From the NCBI GenBank assembly GCA_034780895.1, contig JAUZTB010000087.1:82625383-82689382 (forward strand): 64,000 bases of DNA. Direction: 5' to 3'. The notes below the pieces were generated by a model. It made no database searches. It was not told the DNA's origin and worked only from the letters and a program-made list of their open reading frames with translations. Position numbers and translations under genes: made by a program. This stretch comes from Rhynchobatus australiae. Its lineage: Eukaryota. This document shows positions 50,946 through 62,060 of the stretch, piece after piece. The stretch's first letter is position 1; each line of letters starts with the position of its first letter.

Positions 50946-52396
50946 ACAGTGCACTGTTGAATTCTTTACACATAGATTGTAAAATTTTGTTTTTCTGTCT
51001 TGCACTTTTCAGGTTATCATTTTTGATTGTAATCCAAATGTTTGGATCTCATTTAAGTACAGCATAGCAGGAGTTTTAAATAGATACGTACCCTGTAACC
51101 GTTCAATTTGCATTTATACACCCAGTTTAATTAATGATTGACATTGTTTTAATCCTATACTGGATTGCAAAAAAACTTGAGTATGTTTAACCACACCAGC
51201 CCAATGTATGTTTGTTAAGACTTGCTATCTTCATAAATCAGAGTATCGGTGCAGCGTATACTTTGACCTGATAGGAGGTTTCAGCCTAAGGTTTGTGCTC
51301 GCTCTCTGTTGCAGCAGATATTCCGTATGGAGGTGAAGGGCTAAATAGCCTCCTAGTGTGCTGCAATCATAAGTGATTCAGTGAATGATAATCTGATAAA
51401 GTCAGACTAAACTACAAAAGAATAAAATTTCCATAATGTATATATAAAGAACTTCTAAATGCCAGGTTCACTGAAGTGGGAAATTTAAATCAAACTGTCG
51501 TTCANNNNNNNNNNNNNNNNNNNNNNNNNNNNNNNNNNNNNNNNNNNNNNNNNNNNNNNNNNNNNNNNNNNNNNNNNNNNNNNNNNNNNNNNNNNNNNNN
51601 NNNNNNNNNNNNNNNNNNNNNNNNNNNNNNNNNNNNNNNNNNNNNNNNNNNNNNNNNNNNNNNNNNNNNNNNNNNNNNNNNNNNNNNNNNNNNNNNNNNN
51701 NNNNNNNNNNNNNNNNNNNNNNNNNNNNNNNNNNNNNNNNNNNNNNNNNNNNNNNNNNNNNNNNNNNNNNNNNNNNNNNNNNNNNNNNNNNNNNNNNNNN
51801 NNNNNNNNNNNNNNNNNNNNNNNNNNNNNNNNNNNNNNNNNNNNNNNNNNNNNNNNNNNNNNNNNNNNNNNNNNNNNNNNNNNNGCAAGTTCTATTCATT
51901 TTTTTTGTCAGATGAGTAGATGTATTCTGGTAAAATATGGTAACCATGTGCGAATTGCCATTGTTGGATGACCCATTTGTGCTGGAATGTTTGAAAATTA
52001 CTATTCTTAAAGATTGTCATACAGAAAAAAATTGGACTAAAAAAATGAACGACACTTGACTAAAAATCTCAATTTGAAACACTGAACTCTTAAAACTTTT
52101 TGTAATGCCACTCTACCAAATTTACATTGCATTGAATTCTAGCAAATAAGAATATATGGTAGACAGAGAGCTCGAAAGAAGTGGATTACTTTTAGTCAGC
52201 AGGTGTAGATTGCTAAAAGAACAAATATAAATTAAGATTTTTTTTGATGTAAAATCCTCCACAGTTTTTAGTGGGTGAAATATTTCTGAAATAAGTGCAA
52301 GGGAATTGAAATAGTTTTCAGAGGACTGGTATAGGCTGGACAAACTGAATTACCTTCCTTTGTAAAATTAAATGAATCAATGAACTATTGATCTTT

Positions 52397-52495
52397 AAAA
52401 TAAAAACAGAAAATGCTGGAATTATTCAAAAGGTCAGGCAGGATCTGGAGAAAGAAACTGCTTACATTTCAAGTTGATGATCTTTCATCGGAACT
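52397..52495. repeat. Single arm of the Penelope-derived element
   Basis: 'aaataaaaacagaaaatgctggaattattcaaaaggtcaggcag...tttcaagttgatgatctttcatcggaact'. Confidence 0.8.
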
Positions 52496-52689
52496 ATTTA
52501 TTTGTGTTGGGTGAAAAAGCAATTGGCATTGGAAGCCCTCCCATACAAGTCCTCCCCACGTTATGATTGCCCTACTTATGGACATCCCATACATACAAAC
52601 GAGTGTTTGGAAGACTGATGGGATGGATTTGCTGGCTAGATGAAGTATCTTCTGCCAGGTGGAAATGGGACATTTTCACTTATTTTCCT

Positions 52690-52923
52690 TCCCCTCTTCC
52701 GAACCGCAACTGCCGGGGGCTGGTTCGACCCAAACAAAGCTGGGAGCGTTGAGCAGACTCACTCGCTCACTGAGTCAGTGAGGCCAGCAGGTCTCCCAGG
52801 CCTGCTCACTGACCTGTCACAGCTGTGTCTGTGATTCTCTCCCTTGCACTGTTTTTGTTCATTTCCGACCTACGAGAAGTTCGGGTTACAGACACGACCT
52901 GGAGACTACTTGTATCTTGTGTG
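52690..52923 (+). promoter_or_regulatory. Candidate alternative promoter/non-coding first exon or enhancer
   Basis: Local GC/CpG peak; AP-1 site TGAGTCA at 52771-52777; E-box CAGCTG at 52820; donor GTG|gtatgt at 52924. Confidence 0.45.
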
Positions 52924-54350
52924 GTATGTTGGTTTATTTCCACTGAATATTTGACCATGTAGTATTCTACAGTCTAGACTGATCTTGTCTTTTCCTGGAA
53001 TTGACATTCATTGGAGGGAATCTAACAAATGTTCAACGGTTTTAAACACTGCTGATTTCCCCACTTTTGTAAAGTTTGCACAGTTTACAGGAAGAAGCTG
53101 TCATATGCAGTGTATTTTCCAGTAGTTTTCATTTTTCCCCCCACTTTACAGCATTTTGTTTTGTCATTAAACACAAGAACTGAAATAAGGACCTTTTTCT
53201 CTAGTTGGTTGAAAACAGGTGGTTGACCTTTGGCTCGTTCTTGCAACATTTAATGGATTTCTATACAGACCTAGATGGAGTATTTTTGATGCCTACAATG
53301 ATTATTTAGAACACCAAAGATAATGGAAAGAGATTTTATTAAAAAAGATGGAACTAGCAAAAAAGTTAGATGTATAATTAGTGAAATGGTATATTTCAGT
53401 TTTCAAAAATTTTTAACAGCAGTTATTATTACTGAATGGAAACAAGCTTGGTGCTTGGTCCTGTGAAAGAGCAGAGATTTAGAGTACAGAGCCATAAAAG
53501 TCAAGAGGTAATGAACTTGTATAACCTATTGAAGCTTTAATATTCACCATTTACTATAAAAATTAATTTAACAGACTGGTTGGCCCCATGGCCTTTTTCC
53601 AACTTGTAACTATCGGATTTTATACATTGGCTGTATGAAATATCCATCGCTTTTCAGGGCTGTTTCTTGGTTGCAAAATCTCATATCTAGAGAGAATAAA
53701 TTGATGGAGAATTTTTAATTTTGGAAAGCTGGATGAGGGGGATATTTGTGGGCTGGAAGAGAAGGACAGCATCTGTGTAAAATGTAACCAGTTGTGGAGA
53801 GTATGAGTCATTATTGCAAGCAGGATTTGGAAATCTGAATGATTCAGCATCTGGCTCATCAGGTAATGTTCAGCATTCCCTTTCCACTCACAAAATTCAC
53901 TAAAAAAAATTATAATACCATGTAACATCTAAATATAGTGAAATAAAAGTATGTTGGGAATAATGTCTGGAAAATCTGTCTTTGAGCACCAAGGTCTCAA
54001 GCATGCCAGATTTTCAGAGTCTCACTGTACTGCCTCTGGAGTATCTTCCAAGATTCTTGAGCTCAAACATGGAAAGGCAAAAATACCATTTGAGCGAGAT
54101 TTGAACTACAACANNNNNNNNNNNNNNNNNNNNNNNNNNNNNNNNNNNNNNNNNNNNNNNNNNNNNNNNNNNNNNNNNNNNNNNNNNNNNNNNNNNNNNN
54201 NNNNNNNNNNNNNTGTGAAAGAGAGTTCTTGGGATGGCTTTTTTGGGAGAGGGGTTGAAAAACCTATTAAAATTGGGAAGGAGGAGGTAAATTTTGCAGC
54301 TTTAAAAAAAATTATGTTATTTTGGTGTTGTCTTCTTTATCTGCTCTAGT

Positions 54351-54678
54351 TATGGAGTCGTCGAGCACAGAAACAGGCCCTTAGCTCCACTGCTGACTAT
54401 GACCACCCATTTACACTAAATGCTCACTGATCTTATTTATTTTCCACATACTCCCAGCACCTACCCCCTTCCCAGATTCTACCACTTTCCTCAGGGCAAC
54501 TTTCATTGGCCTATTAACCTACTGCCCTGCACATCTTTGGGATGTGGTAGGAAACCAACACACCTGGAGGAATTCTCACAAACAATGTGCAGGCTCCACA
54601 CAGACATTTTTGGAGGTCAGGATTGAGTCACGGTCACTGGAGCTGTGAGGTACAGCTCTACTAGCGGTGCTACAGTGC
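54351..54678 (-). mobile_element. HE1-like V-SINE with CR1-type tail
   Basis: 'agcacagaaacaggccctt' tail, 'gggatgtggtaggaaacc' V-domain, 'ggtcaggattgagtc' B-box region; homologous to 5160-5435. Confidence 0.85.
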
Positions 54679-56785
54679 TTTTACTTTGTACAACCATATT
54701 TAGTTCATGCAGTGAAAGGAGGACATGTTTATTTTGTCCAAGTTATTTCTTACATTTTTACCTTTTTCCTGCCACATTCCAAAATGGCAATATTCTCGCT
54801 TTCAGTTTTCAATGATCTTTCTTTTGAAAGGAAGTACGTATTTTGTAGACTTTGTCTAGAAGCAATTTGTCCAATATAATCTTATGCCAGTTTTTTTCAC
54901 TGGTGAGTGGTGTATCTTTGTTTCTNNNNNNNNNNNNNNNGTACTCAATGTCAAAACAAAACAGCAGTGTTGATGTTGTAAGAGATTAAAAGTTTGAAAT
55001 GGAGTTGATATTCTCCTAATTTCTCCTGACTCACTGGAATATGATTGTAATAAAAATGTTTTCTTTAATTAGCTTAAAATTGTGTTAAATGGCAAAGATG
55101 TGACGTTATTATGTTCCTTTGAAATTTAGCACATTTATTCTGAAAGAAAGGGTCTGAATTTCTCTTCAATTAAACTATTGCAGTCTGGGTGGGTGGTGAG
55201 CCAGAGGAGTGGAAGGCTGAGTGGGAGTGTGAAGGGTGATGATCAGGCAACAAAACAGGAAATAGCAAGAACTTGTGTGAGGATAATCAAAGAATGTCTG
55301 GCACTATAAAGAGAGAATGTCATTAATTACCAGAAAGTGGCCAAGTGACTTAAGTTTTTAAGCGTTTTGTCTCTTTTTATAGAACATGAAACTGAAATTA
55401 AGAGTTTTTGTTGATTAAAAATGATTTTATATTGATGATTTAGAATAATTCCTAGGGATATCATTAATATACCATTTTTATACTAAATAATTAGTTATTA
55501 ATTCAAAATTATATGCTGTCTGCTCCTGACGTTGAAAGAATATGAAAATATGTTTACGTAAACAGGACAAAGTTATCTGGCCTCGATCTCTCTCCTGCAG
55601 TGCCAAGGGTTAGAGGAGAGACATAGAGAAAGAATTAAGCAAAATGTTCTAAATAGAATTTGTATCAATGGATTCAAGGGTAGCAAATATTATGTTATTT
55701 CTGAGAAGAGAATTGGAATAACCATGAAATTGTAGGCTAGAGATCTCGGTGGTAATTGATAGCATCAATATAAGATGAAATTGAACTCTTAGGACAGTAT
55801 GGGTCATCAGGAGCAATGGATATCTATTAAGAGGTTGTGCATGATGAATTAAATGTTGCCAAGCAAATGGAGTGTAGGGAAATGAAGTGGTTGTTTTGTA
55901 TATGTGGATTTTTTTGAAGTTGTTTCATGCAATTAATGCAAAAGTATTTTTATGTAAATGTGTAATAATGGGAAGAATGTAACATATACATACCAACACA
56001 AATATAGCAGGTGTATATAGAAATCATGGGACAGAAAGCAGGTTCTGTTTGTTTAGAATGTGAGTTATGTTTTATCATGTAAATAAAGTTTTCTGGTATC
56101 AAGTGATGGCTATGGGGAAACTATAAGGTAGACTGCAGGAGCATGTGGGTTTGTTTAAAATTGCATTCAGAGAAAGTTGGGTGAAAATGTATCAGAACTG
56201 TAATAGTTTTGATCCTGATGCATCATGTTACTTGCTGCTGCCTTTCTTGCACAGAACCTGGCCAGTGCACTCAGACTAAATGTTTTCTTTACATCATGTG
56301 TCTCTGAGGGAAGAGCAGAGATGTGCAATTTAAATAAAAAAATTCCCCTGGATTTTTTTGTGATATTTCTTTAAATGCTGTGTTTTAATTCTTGCCCTGA
56401 GCTCAGAATGATCAAAACCTCGAGGAGGCCATTGGACACTTGTGCCATAGATTCCCTTATCAAAGTCATTATTAAATCTGCTTCCACTGTCCTTTTATTT
56501 GGTACATTCTAGTAAAGTAAATTGGTTTGTCCCTCCAACAATCACCATTTCCTGGCCAATGACATAATCTCCGTCTCTGCCAGTTGTCTAAAAGCCCGTT
56601 TGTAATGTTGACGTTAAACTTATTCCTATGCTGACCTTTTGAAGCGTGGGCCCATTTCCAATCCTGAAGGATGACCTAGTTCTCCCCTTGCCTCTGCTTA
56701 TTTGTTCCACCTTCCAGTGGCACATCAGGATCAAGGATGACTTGTTTCCACTGGTTCTGTGAATTCTGAGGTGACTGAAGAGGTT

Positions 56786-57167
56786 GAAAAGCAAAAGAAC
56801 ACTGCAGATGCTGGAAATCTAAGCTAAAAACCAGAAAATGTTCGAGTTACTCTGCAGGTCAGGCCATGTGTGTGGAGAAACAGAGTTAATGTTTTAAGAT
56901 GACTTTTCATCTATGCATTGATTTCTGTTGATGGATGATTAGGCCTTTACCTTCTGTAAGTCAAGACTATCATTGGAAAAGTATTTTTTGCTGATCACAC
57001 CCGGTAAGGAAATGCGAGCTGGGGCATAATTTCCATGACCAGTGCTCCCTTGAAATGTGCTGTTTCTGATGAAACATCATCAGCCTGAAATGTCAACTCT
57101 CTTCTCTCTTCTCTCCACAGATTCTGCCTGACCTACTGTGTATCTGCAATATTTTTACTTTTATTTA
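56786..57167. mobile_element. Penelope-derived inverted-terminus insertion with 14-bp TSD
   Basis: Inverted arms at 56790-56910 and 57062-57166; TSD tgact(g/t)aagaggtt at 56772-56785 and 57168-57181. Confidence 0.85.
57062..57098 (+). ncRNA. Minimal hammerhead-ribozyme-like motif (probably decayed)
   Basis: gttt-CTGATGA-aacatcatcagcct-GAAA-tg-TC-aact: core boxes and GUC triplet intact, stem II degenerate. Confidence 0.5.
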
Positions 57168-57312
57168 TGACTTAAGAGGTTAATATAAGTTCTGGAGATT
57201 TTGCCTCGGGTGGGACAGGAAGTGCTTGGTTGGAAGGCAAGTGTGTGGTTTTGGAGGTAGTGTGTTTCTTCCACAGTTTAAGCTGGGCTTCTGTTTAATT
57301 TTCTTTAAACTT

Positions 57313-57510
57313 TCATCTTTGGTTTTAAATCCTTTCACAACTTTGCCCTTTCACATCAGTTTAATTTCCTCCAGTCTTACCATCCTCTGAAATCTGGGTC
57401 CCTCTGCTTCTGGACACCTAATCATCCTGAATTTAATTCATCCAATAATCCATTAATTTAGTTGTTTTCACAAACTAAGAATTGGATTTTTACCCTAATC
57501 ACTCACAAGG
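57313..57510 (+). mobile_element. L2 3' remnant
   Basis: 'ttcatctttggttttaaatcctttcacaactttgccc...cctccagtcttaccatcctctgaaatctg', homologous to 42592-42640. Confidence 0.55.
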
Positions 57511-59343
57511 CGAAGGAAACCAGAAAGAATGATGTTGCTTATTTTATTCTAATGGTTACAGTTGACTGCTGGTTTGTGATTGGAAATTTTTGAGTTTGCT
57601 GATAGTTTTTTTTTGCTGGTTAGTATGTATTGATTGCCTTGTTGTATTTCTGCTCACCTGAGCTTTGTCTGTTTAATGGGCAACAAATCAAAGTGTCTCA
57701 CTTCAGTTGGAAGGATCACAAAAGCAATGCTGAACACTGGAAAAATGTTTCTTGGCCAATTGCAGAGAAATAAACAATGCTCTTGCTGTATAGCAGGGAT
57801 ACATAATGAAACAAATATATGCAGATAACTTTTTCAAGCATTCTTTATCTGGACATTGATGCTACCTGCTCCCAAGGAAGTAGTTACCTGGGGAAAGCAA
57901 AAAAAAACACCATGGTCAATTTATGAAAAGAAATCCATGAAATTTCTGCTGAATCCTAATACATTCTAGGCACTTCCAGGAGATTGCTGTGATTAATGGA
58001 TCTCTTGTTTCCAGCAGGCTGGTAACCTCCATCTTTCAATGTGGAGTATCCACCTACTATTTATGGAACAAAAACCTGAAGGTTCACACTGTAGAAATTT
58101 GATTTATTTTCAGTGTGTTTTAAAGTAAACTTTAATAACAGGCAGGGAATTGCATTAACTTAAATATAAACTAATTTGCCTTTTCCCTTTAACCAATAGT
58201 TATGCATTAGTACTTGACATTATTGAAATGAATACTTATATGTGCAGTTTTTATTCAGAACCTCATTACCTTGAGTAATGAGTTATTTAAAAATTTTCAC
58301 TTTTTACTTTGCTTTTTGAGTTCTCTCAAGATAAACTTAAAGAAATAATAGCTGGTAACCATTTTAACTTTTAATCCTGTATGACACTGGAGAAAATCAA
58401 AACTGTAAAACTGCATTTTTTTTTCCTGTGCTACATTTGCTCAAAAAAAATCTCTTGTATAAATGCAAAGAAATTATCTCAAACATTTGAGGAATTCATA
58501 GTTTACTTTTGTTGTTCAGGGGAAAAAAGCCATGGTAACTTAGTTTCATTTGGCTCAAGTGCTGTGTATTTGTAAGCTGTATGAATATAATGGAAATGTT
58601 ACATTACTGCAATTATTGAGTTTGCATTTGGATACTAATCAATATTGTGCTAGACATATTCCATTTAAAAACTAATTCTTCTTGAGACCTACAGTTGGTA
58701 AGCTTATTAAAAGAAATAACTTGAAGTATTAAAAGAAAATTGAATAATATACAGGAGTTGCCGTATGATAGAATGGTTCAAGTGACTATTGACATCTATA
58801 TTGACATGGCATATTGCCTAGGAGATTCATTGACTTGCAAATGGTATGACTTCAGAGAGTACATGCTTTCTTGAGAAAGCTCGAAGGTGAGAAGGCTCTG
58901 AATTTCCTAACAAAGTCCAAAATGAGGTCCTGTTATGGTGTATAAATGCAAGGAAAGTCACGCATTTGCATCACCAGTGGTAGCAAAGTCTTCCACCTCA
59001 GCCTTTGGTAGGACATCTCTGGAATCAGACATTTTTGCTTCTTTCAGGGCAGTTGCAAATTGGTTTACTACATATTATTAGAAGTGCTGACCAGTGATAC
59101 AACTGTATAGTATAGCGTGTTTTTATGCATGTTGGTACTCTTCTGTATGTTGGTAGGAGACCTAGCCAGTTTTCAAGTTCTGGCCAAGTAGCATTCATTT
59201 TAGCTAGAACTGACTGAAGTGCTGATGTGCCTTAAGATCCTATTATTCAAGTTTATTAAATAACATTAATGGTGTGACTTCTTCTATCAGTGTCAAAAGT
59301 CACCAGAGTTGCAATAAAGTGGACTAAATACTTTAAGGTGCAA

Positions 59344-60062
59344 CAAGTATGGAGTGATGCACTTTGGGAGGACAAACTAGGGTAGGACACAGTGAATGGT
59401 AGGGCACTGAGGTGTACGGTAGAATAATGGGACCTGGGAATGCAAATCCATAACTCCTTGAAAGTGGCATCGCAGGTAGATAAGGTCGTAAAGAGAGCTT
59501 TAGGCACATTGGCCTTCACAAATCAGGGCATTGAGTACAGGAGTTGAGATGTTATGTTGAAGTTCTACAAGACGGTGAGGCTGAATTTAGAGTATTGTGT
59601 GCAGTTCTGGTCACCTACCTAAAGATATCAATAAGCTTTAAAGAGTGCAAAGAAAATTTACTTTATTCCCTGGAGCACAGGAGAATGAGGGGAGGTCTTA
59701 GAGGCATACAAAATTATGAGAGGAATAGATAGGATAAATACATGCAGGCTTTTTGCCCTCAGTTTGGGTGAGACTAGAACTAGAGACCATAGGTTTAGGG
59801 TGAAAGGTCAAATATTTAAGGGGAATCTGAGGGGAAACCTCTTCACTAAGAGGGTGGTGTGAGTGTGGAACAAGCTGCTGGTGGATGTGGGTTCAATTGT
59901 GACATTTAAGATAAGTTTGGATTGGTGCATGGATGAGAGGGGTATGGGGGGCTATGGTCCAGGTGCAGTTAGATGGGACAAAGCAGAAAACCAGGCCGGC
60001 ATGGACTAGATGGGCTGAAGGGCCCATTTCTGTGCTGTAGAAACACAACATTATGACTCTAT
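59344..60062 (+). mobile_element. CR1 LINE 3' fragment with 3' UTR
   Basis: VMHFGRTN, DLGMQIHNSLKVASQVDKVVKRALGTLAF, LEYCVQFWSP, YSLEHRRMRGGL; tail 'tatgactctat'. Confidence 0.95.
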
Positions 60063-61459
60063 CTACAATCATATGAGGAATTTATTGTGGATACAGACGC
60101 TACCTAACTGGTTTTATGTTTATTGATAATATAAGGTAATGTTGAACTTTTGCATGCTGTTCTCCACCACAAAGAAATCTTTCTATTGCTATTTATCATT
60201 TACTTATGATGGCCTAATATTAGCTCGCTGTTGTTACTTTAGCCATTGTAACCCAAAATTGTGGATTTCACAGCTGGATAATTTTAAAATTTTTTGCTAA
60301 TTATTTAGCTACATAAGCATGAAAGGTGTGTGTGTGTGAGATTGATTGACTGCNNNNNNNNNNNNNNNNNNNNNNNNNNNNNNNNNNNNNNNNNNNNNNN
60401 NNNNNNNNNNNNNNNNNNNNNNNNNNNNNNNNNNNNNNNNNNNNNNNNNNNNNGACTGCAGTTTGTATCATTGCTCAGAAAGTTGAATATTTTAACAGCT
60501 GTACATTTCCAGTTCTATTAATTGTTCATTAATTTGGGGGAAGATGGGTATTTCTCACTTTCATTTGTAAAGGGCATTAGGGACCCAGTCTCTTGAAAAA
60601 CTTGAAGTGGCAACCCTGGGAATATTTGTCCCCGCACAGCAAAGACTGTAAATCAACATAATGTTTGTGTTTTTAAATGATAATATTGTGAACAATTTAT
60701 GGGTTCAATAACATTAAAAAAAATTCTGTTAAGGTGGGGTTTGCCCCCAAACTTAATGAATAAAATGAAGCTGTTGCATATAGCAAAGTATGAGATTATT
60801 TCACTAGTTCCTTGGACTGCTAAGTATTATTTTAAACCTGTTTAGCGCCAGTAGTTTAGCGTGAGATTTAAATGCATGTGTGAGTGGGTCATAGAATGTG
60901 TGAGCCTCGCACCTAATGTGTGAGAGTTCACAGGTATGAAGATTGGGCTACGAGAGATAATGAGGAAATGTTGTTAAAGTAAAGACTTGAAGGGATTTTT
61001 AACTATTTAGTGGCAATATCTGTTAAAGAATATGATTTGCATGTTTTAGTAAGAAAACAGATAAAAGTCAAAAGAAGCACTTCCAACTATATTTGTGCAT
61101 GCTGCTCCTGCTGGCACTGATCATTAGCAGCTTATGTTGAACAGCTTGGAGTCAGCAGGAGAAACAGATGCTAATATGTGGACGTACTAGTAAAACACTG
61201 AAGTACAGTAGTAAAATTCTCCCTTTGCTTAGGTTTCCGATCATTAGTTCTTATGCCAATTCTAGGTGCTGCAGGAGGAAGGGTTGAAGAACAGGACATG
61301 GATTTAAAGTGACTGGCAAAAGAATTTGGTATACCCTGAGCAAAAATGTTTTTGTACAATAAACCTGAAAAGGTGGTAGAGCTAGATTTATTGAAAAGGA
61401 AATCAGAGAAAAAATGCACATTCTTCATTCAGCTTGAAGGTTTATGTTCAGTATGAGTG

Positions 61460-62060
61460 CAGTATCGTATGATACAACAAAGGAGGAGGCTGTTGGTCCT
61501 ATTGCTCCTGTAGGTTCTTAGAAAAGTTATCCCGTTAATCCCACTCCCTGCCCCTTTCCTGCAAACTCCATAAATATTTCACTTCAAAGATGTACCTCAT
61601 TATCTTTTGCAGGTCATTTTTTTTCAGGCAGTGTATTTCAGTTCATGACAACTTGCTATATAGGAAATAAATCCACTTTTTTTTCTTACTGGCAATCATC
61701 TTAAATCTGTATCTTTTGGTACTTATGCTTATCACTGGGAAAAACAAGTTTCTCCTTGTTTAATCTATCAAATACATTTCATGATTTTTGATCACATCTA
61801 TTAACCTTCTCTGCCATAGAGAGAATAACCTACTTTCTTCAGTCTCTACACGTTATTGAAGTTCCACTTCTATGGTACAATTGTAATAAACCTCTTTACC
61901 CCTTCCGTCCTAAACTGTGCTGCTAAAATTGCACAGAATATTTAAGGGATCTAACCAGTAACTTATAAAAATTACAGTACAACTTCCTTGTAATCTATAA
62001 AACCAAGGATCACCCTCCCCATTTTTTCTTAATGGTCATATTAACTTGTCTTGCAACCTT
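61460..62060 (-). mobile_element. Old CR1 3' fragment
   Basis: Reverse-complement tail 'tatgatacaacaaaggaggaggctgttgg', plus 'ttaaccttctctgccatagagagaataacc' and 'aaattgcacagaatattt'. Confidence 0.65.

Larger units (their letters stand above)
56700..57270 (-). mobile_element. LINE 3' end (RTE-like, from recall) split by the palindromic insert
   Basis: 'ggatgacttgtttccactggttctgtgaattctgaggtgactgaagagg' continues after the insert as 'aatataagttctggagattttgcctcgggtgggacagg'. Confidence 0.45.

Noticed and set aside
20917-52923. Assigning a gene symbol to the + strand transcription unit
   Set aside because: No coding exon with recognisable homology is present, so any name would be a guess.
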